From Methylophilaceae bacterium (GTDB lineage Bacteria > Pseudomonadota > Gammaproteobacteria > Burkholderiales > Methylophilaceae), in contig JABFRO010000003.1 of assembly GCA_013141125.1 (NCBI GenBank), forward strand, positions 46,458 through 110,457: a DNA stretch of 64,000 nucleotides, written 5' to 3'. Numbering within the stretch: position 1 is the first letter of the stretch; every line of letters begins with the position of its first letter. The notes below the pieces were generated by a model. It was not told where the DNA came from and did no database searches. It saw nothing but the letters and a program-made list of their open reading frames with translations. The position numbers and the translations under genes are program-made. This document shows, piece by piece, positions 60,631 to 64,000 of the stretch.

Positions 60631-61469
60631 TGAAGCTATGTAACTTTGATGTCGGCCTGGAGCATCCTTTATTTTTGATTGCCGGCCCATGCGTGATTGA
60701 ATCGCAGCAAATGGCCATTGATACCGCCGGACAGCTCAAGGAAATCTGCGCAAAATTGGGCATTTCCTTCATTTACAAATCGTCCTACGATAAAGCCAAC
60801 CGCAGTTCGGGCAAGACCTATCGCGGCTTTGGCATTACGGAAGGCTTGAAAATTCTGGATGAAGTAAAACGCCAAATCGGCGTGCCGGTGCTGACCGATG
60901 TGCACACGGCAGAAGAAGTGCCGGAAGTGGCGGCTGTGGTAGATGTGTTGCAAACACCGGCTTTCCTGTGTCGCCAGACTGATTTTATTGAAGCCTGCGC
61001 GCGTTCCGGCAAGCCGGTGAATATCAAAAAAGGCCAATTTCTGGCACCGTGGGACATGAAAAATGTGGTGGATAAAGCCAAGGCTGCCAACGGCGGGCTG
61101 GACAACATTATGGTGTGCGAACGCGGCACCTCTTTTGGCTATAACACCCTGGTTTCTGATATGCGCGGCCTGGCTGTGATGCGTGAAACGCATTGCCCCG
61201 TGGTGTTTGATGCCACGCATTCCGTGCAACAGCCGGGTGGTCAGGGCGATAAAAGCGGTGGCCAGCGCGAGCATGTGCCGGTATTGGCACGTGCCGCCGT
61301 CGCCAGCGGCATTGCCGGTATTTTCATGGAGACGCATCCAGATCCGGCCAAAGCCTTGTCCGACGGCCCCAACGCCTGGCCCTTGCCCAAAATGCAAGCC
61401 TTGCTGGAAACGCTGATCGCTTTGGATAAACTGGTCAAACAGCAGGGATTTATCGAACAAACGCTTTAG
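60630..61469 (+). CDS. kdsA: 3-deoxy-8-phosphooctulonate synthase
   Basis: [23 protein letters not shown] and DATHSVQ motifs. Confidence 0.97.
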
Positions 61470-61477
61470 AGGGTTTT

Positions 61478-61506
61478 GTAGCGTGGGCAAAGGCTTTCTA
61501 GCCCAC
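61478..61506. repeat. GTAG-headed REP-like hairpin
   Basis: GTAGCGTGGGCaaaggctttctaGCCCAC. Confidence 0.5.
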
Positions 61507-61651
61507 CATTATGCTATTGGTGTTGCACCATGAGCGTGCAACAAAAGTGGACAATAAGAACATTTGCTCGTTTAACAACTAAATTTGTAATTCGCAAGGT
61601 CTATAACAGCAGGCTTGAAACTTGCTTCTATCACTAGACTATTCTTAATAA

Positions 61652-62947
<1,296 letters not shown>

Positions 62948-62972
62948 CCAACTCGGTCAATCAGCCACTCTC

Positions 62973-63308
62973 ATGCGCCTGCTTATACTCATCTTCGTGG
63001 TATTTATCGCTGTCCTGCAATATCCGTTGTGGCTGGGTAAAGGGGGGTGGTTACGCGTGTGGGAGCTGGATCGGCAAGTCAATTTGCAAAAAACGACTAA
63101 TGCTGAACTGAAAGAGCGTAATGACACACTGGATGCGGAAGTGCGCGACCTCAAGCAAGGTAACGCCGCCATTGAGGAGCGTGCCCGAAGTGAATTGGGC
63201 ATGATCAAGCAAGACGAGGTGTTTTATCAGGTGATGCAGTCTGAACTTCCCAGTGTCAACATCAAGCCAGCGCCAACTCCGGTGGAAGCGCTTGTCCGGC
63301 GGCCTTGA
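62973..63308 (+). CDS. ftsB: cell division protein FtsB
   Basis: The internal start gives [20 protein letters not shown] plus a coiled coil. The longer ORF would overlap eno. Confidence 0.85.
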   Translation: MRLLILIFVVFIAVLQYPLWLGKGGWLRVWELDRQVNLQKTTNAELKERNDTLDAEVRDLKQGNAAIEERARSELGMIKQDEVFYQVMQSELPSVNIKPAPTPVEALVRRP

Positions 63309-63328
63309 CAGGTGTTTGGTTTGAACGC

Positions 63329-63355
63329 AAAAGCGGCCTTGAAGGCCGCTTTTTA
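63329..63355. terminator. bidirectional terminator
   Basis: aaaaGCGGCCTtgaAGGCCGCtttt between ftsB and hsp20. Confidence 0.75.
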
Positions 63356-63374
63356 TTCATAAACCCCGAAATGC

Positions 63375-63806
63375 TTAACTGATCGTCAGTTTTTTTGCAG
63401 TCGTTGTGGCTTTCTTGGGTAAAGCCAACTCCAGCACGCCATCACTATATTTTGCTTCAGAAGCGCCTTCATCCAGCTCATTGGCCAAGCTGAAACTGCG
63501 TTCAGCTTTACCGTAAAAGCGTTCGGAGCGCAGCACTCTTTCGCCTTCCTTGACTTCTTTTTCCTGCTTCACTTCCGCGCTAATCGAAACCTGGTTGCCT
63601 TCAATTGTCACATGGATGTCTTCTTTTTTAACGCCGGGAATATCCGCATGTACGGTGTAGCCCTTGTCATCTTCTTTCACATCAATCTTGATTTTCACCT
63701 CAGGAGCTCCTTCAACGCGTACCGGCCGGAAAAAGCCTCTAAACACATCCTCAAAAGGGTCACTTGCACTTAATTGAAACGGATCAATACGGGTAATATT
63801 AGCCAT
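63375..63806 (-). CDS. Hsp20/alpha-crystallin small heat-shock protein
   Basis: ADIPGVKKEDIHVTIEGNQVSISAE...SERFYGKAERSFSL...DGVLELALPK. Confidence 0.92.
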   Translation of the reverse strand: MANITRIDPFQLSASDPFEDVFRGFFRPVRVEGAPEVKIKIDVKEDDKGYTVHADIPGVKKEDIHVTIEGNQVSISAEVKQEKEVKEGERVLRSERFYGKAERSFSLANELDEGASEAKYSDGVLELALPKKATTTAKKLTIS

Positions 63807-63860
63807 GACAAATCTCCTTTAATCAGTTTTGCGAACACAGCCCAGCGGCTGTTAACTGTT

Positions 63861-63888
63861 AAATGGGGAAAGCTCACGCGAATTCAAG
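63861..63888 (-). promoter_or_regulatory. sigma32-type heat-shock promoter
   Basis: Minus strand CTTGAA-14 nt-CCCCATTT, 55 nt upstream of the hsp20 ATG. Confidence 0.55.
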
Positions 63889-63896
63889 AGGTATTT

Positions 63897-64000
63897 TTAA
63901 TCGTTATGCGTTTTTTTCTGCATGTATTGATTGAAATATTCAATGTAGTTATCCATGTTTTCCAGAAGAGCAAGGCGATATTGCTCGACAGAATAAGCAA
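63897..64000 (-). CDS. 3' end of an unidentified gene entering from beyond the window
   Basis: Open minus-strand frame ...AYSVEQYRLALLENMDNYIEYFNQYMQKKTHND*. Too short to identify. Confidence 0.25.
   Translation of the reverse strand, partial: AYSVEQYRLALLENMDNYIEYFNQYMQKKTHND

Overview
This is a 64-kb chromosomal window. Gene content and order (earP-efp, yciV-yciO/yciB-yciI-bolA, pyrG-kdsA-eno-ftsB) suggest a betaproteobacterium, possibly a Methylophilaceae-like methylotroph; this is inference only. About three quarters of it is housekeeping: greB, earP-efp, rluB, trpS, feoAB, ribH-nusB, a large PAS/GAF/GGDEF/EAL sensor, lpxH, ppiB, cysS, pyrD, clpSA, radC, ppk2, proA, fliLMNOPQR, grxC, gpmI, envC, pyrG, kdsA, eno, ftsB and hsp20. 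The centre (about 31.3-47.1 kb) is an accessory stretch. (1) It holds a complete chromosomal integron: an intact intI, an attI core and about seven attC-type junctions. The cassettes carry a membrane-anchored orphan, a 378-aa orphan, higBA, brnTA and a 156-aa orphan. An IS1182-like element sits inside an attC-like repeat, and a 5'-truncated IS110-family transposase is flanked by direct repeats. (2) It holds a visibly GC-richer three-gene MukFEB/MksFEB (JetABC)-like SMC module. No JetD/MksG nuclease gene is present. The ATPase gene has a 1-nt frameshift, the first gene has a C8 tract, and the module abuts proA as TAAATG. (3) It also holds a PIN/RHH toxin-antitoxin pair and a decayed GNAT gene. 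GTAG-headed REP-like palindromes are scattered through the window. I recognised no rRNA, tRNA or CRISPR array. All calls rest on my own reading of the ORF translations and sequence motifs; no database search was run.
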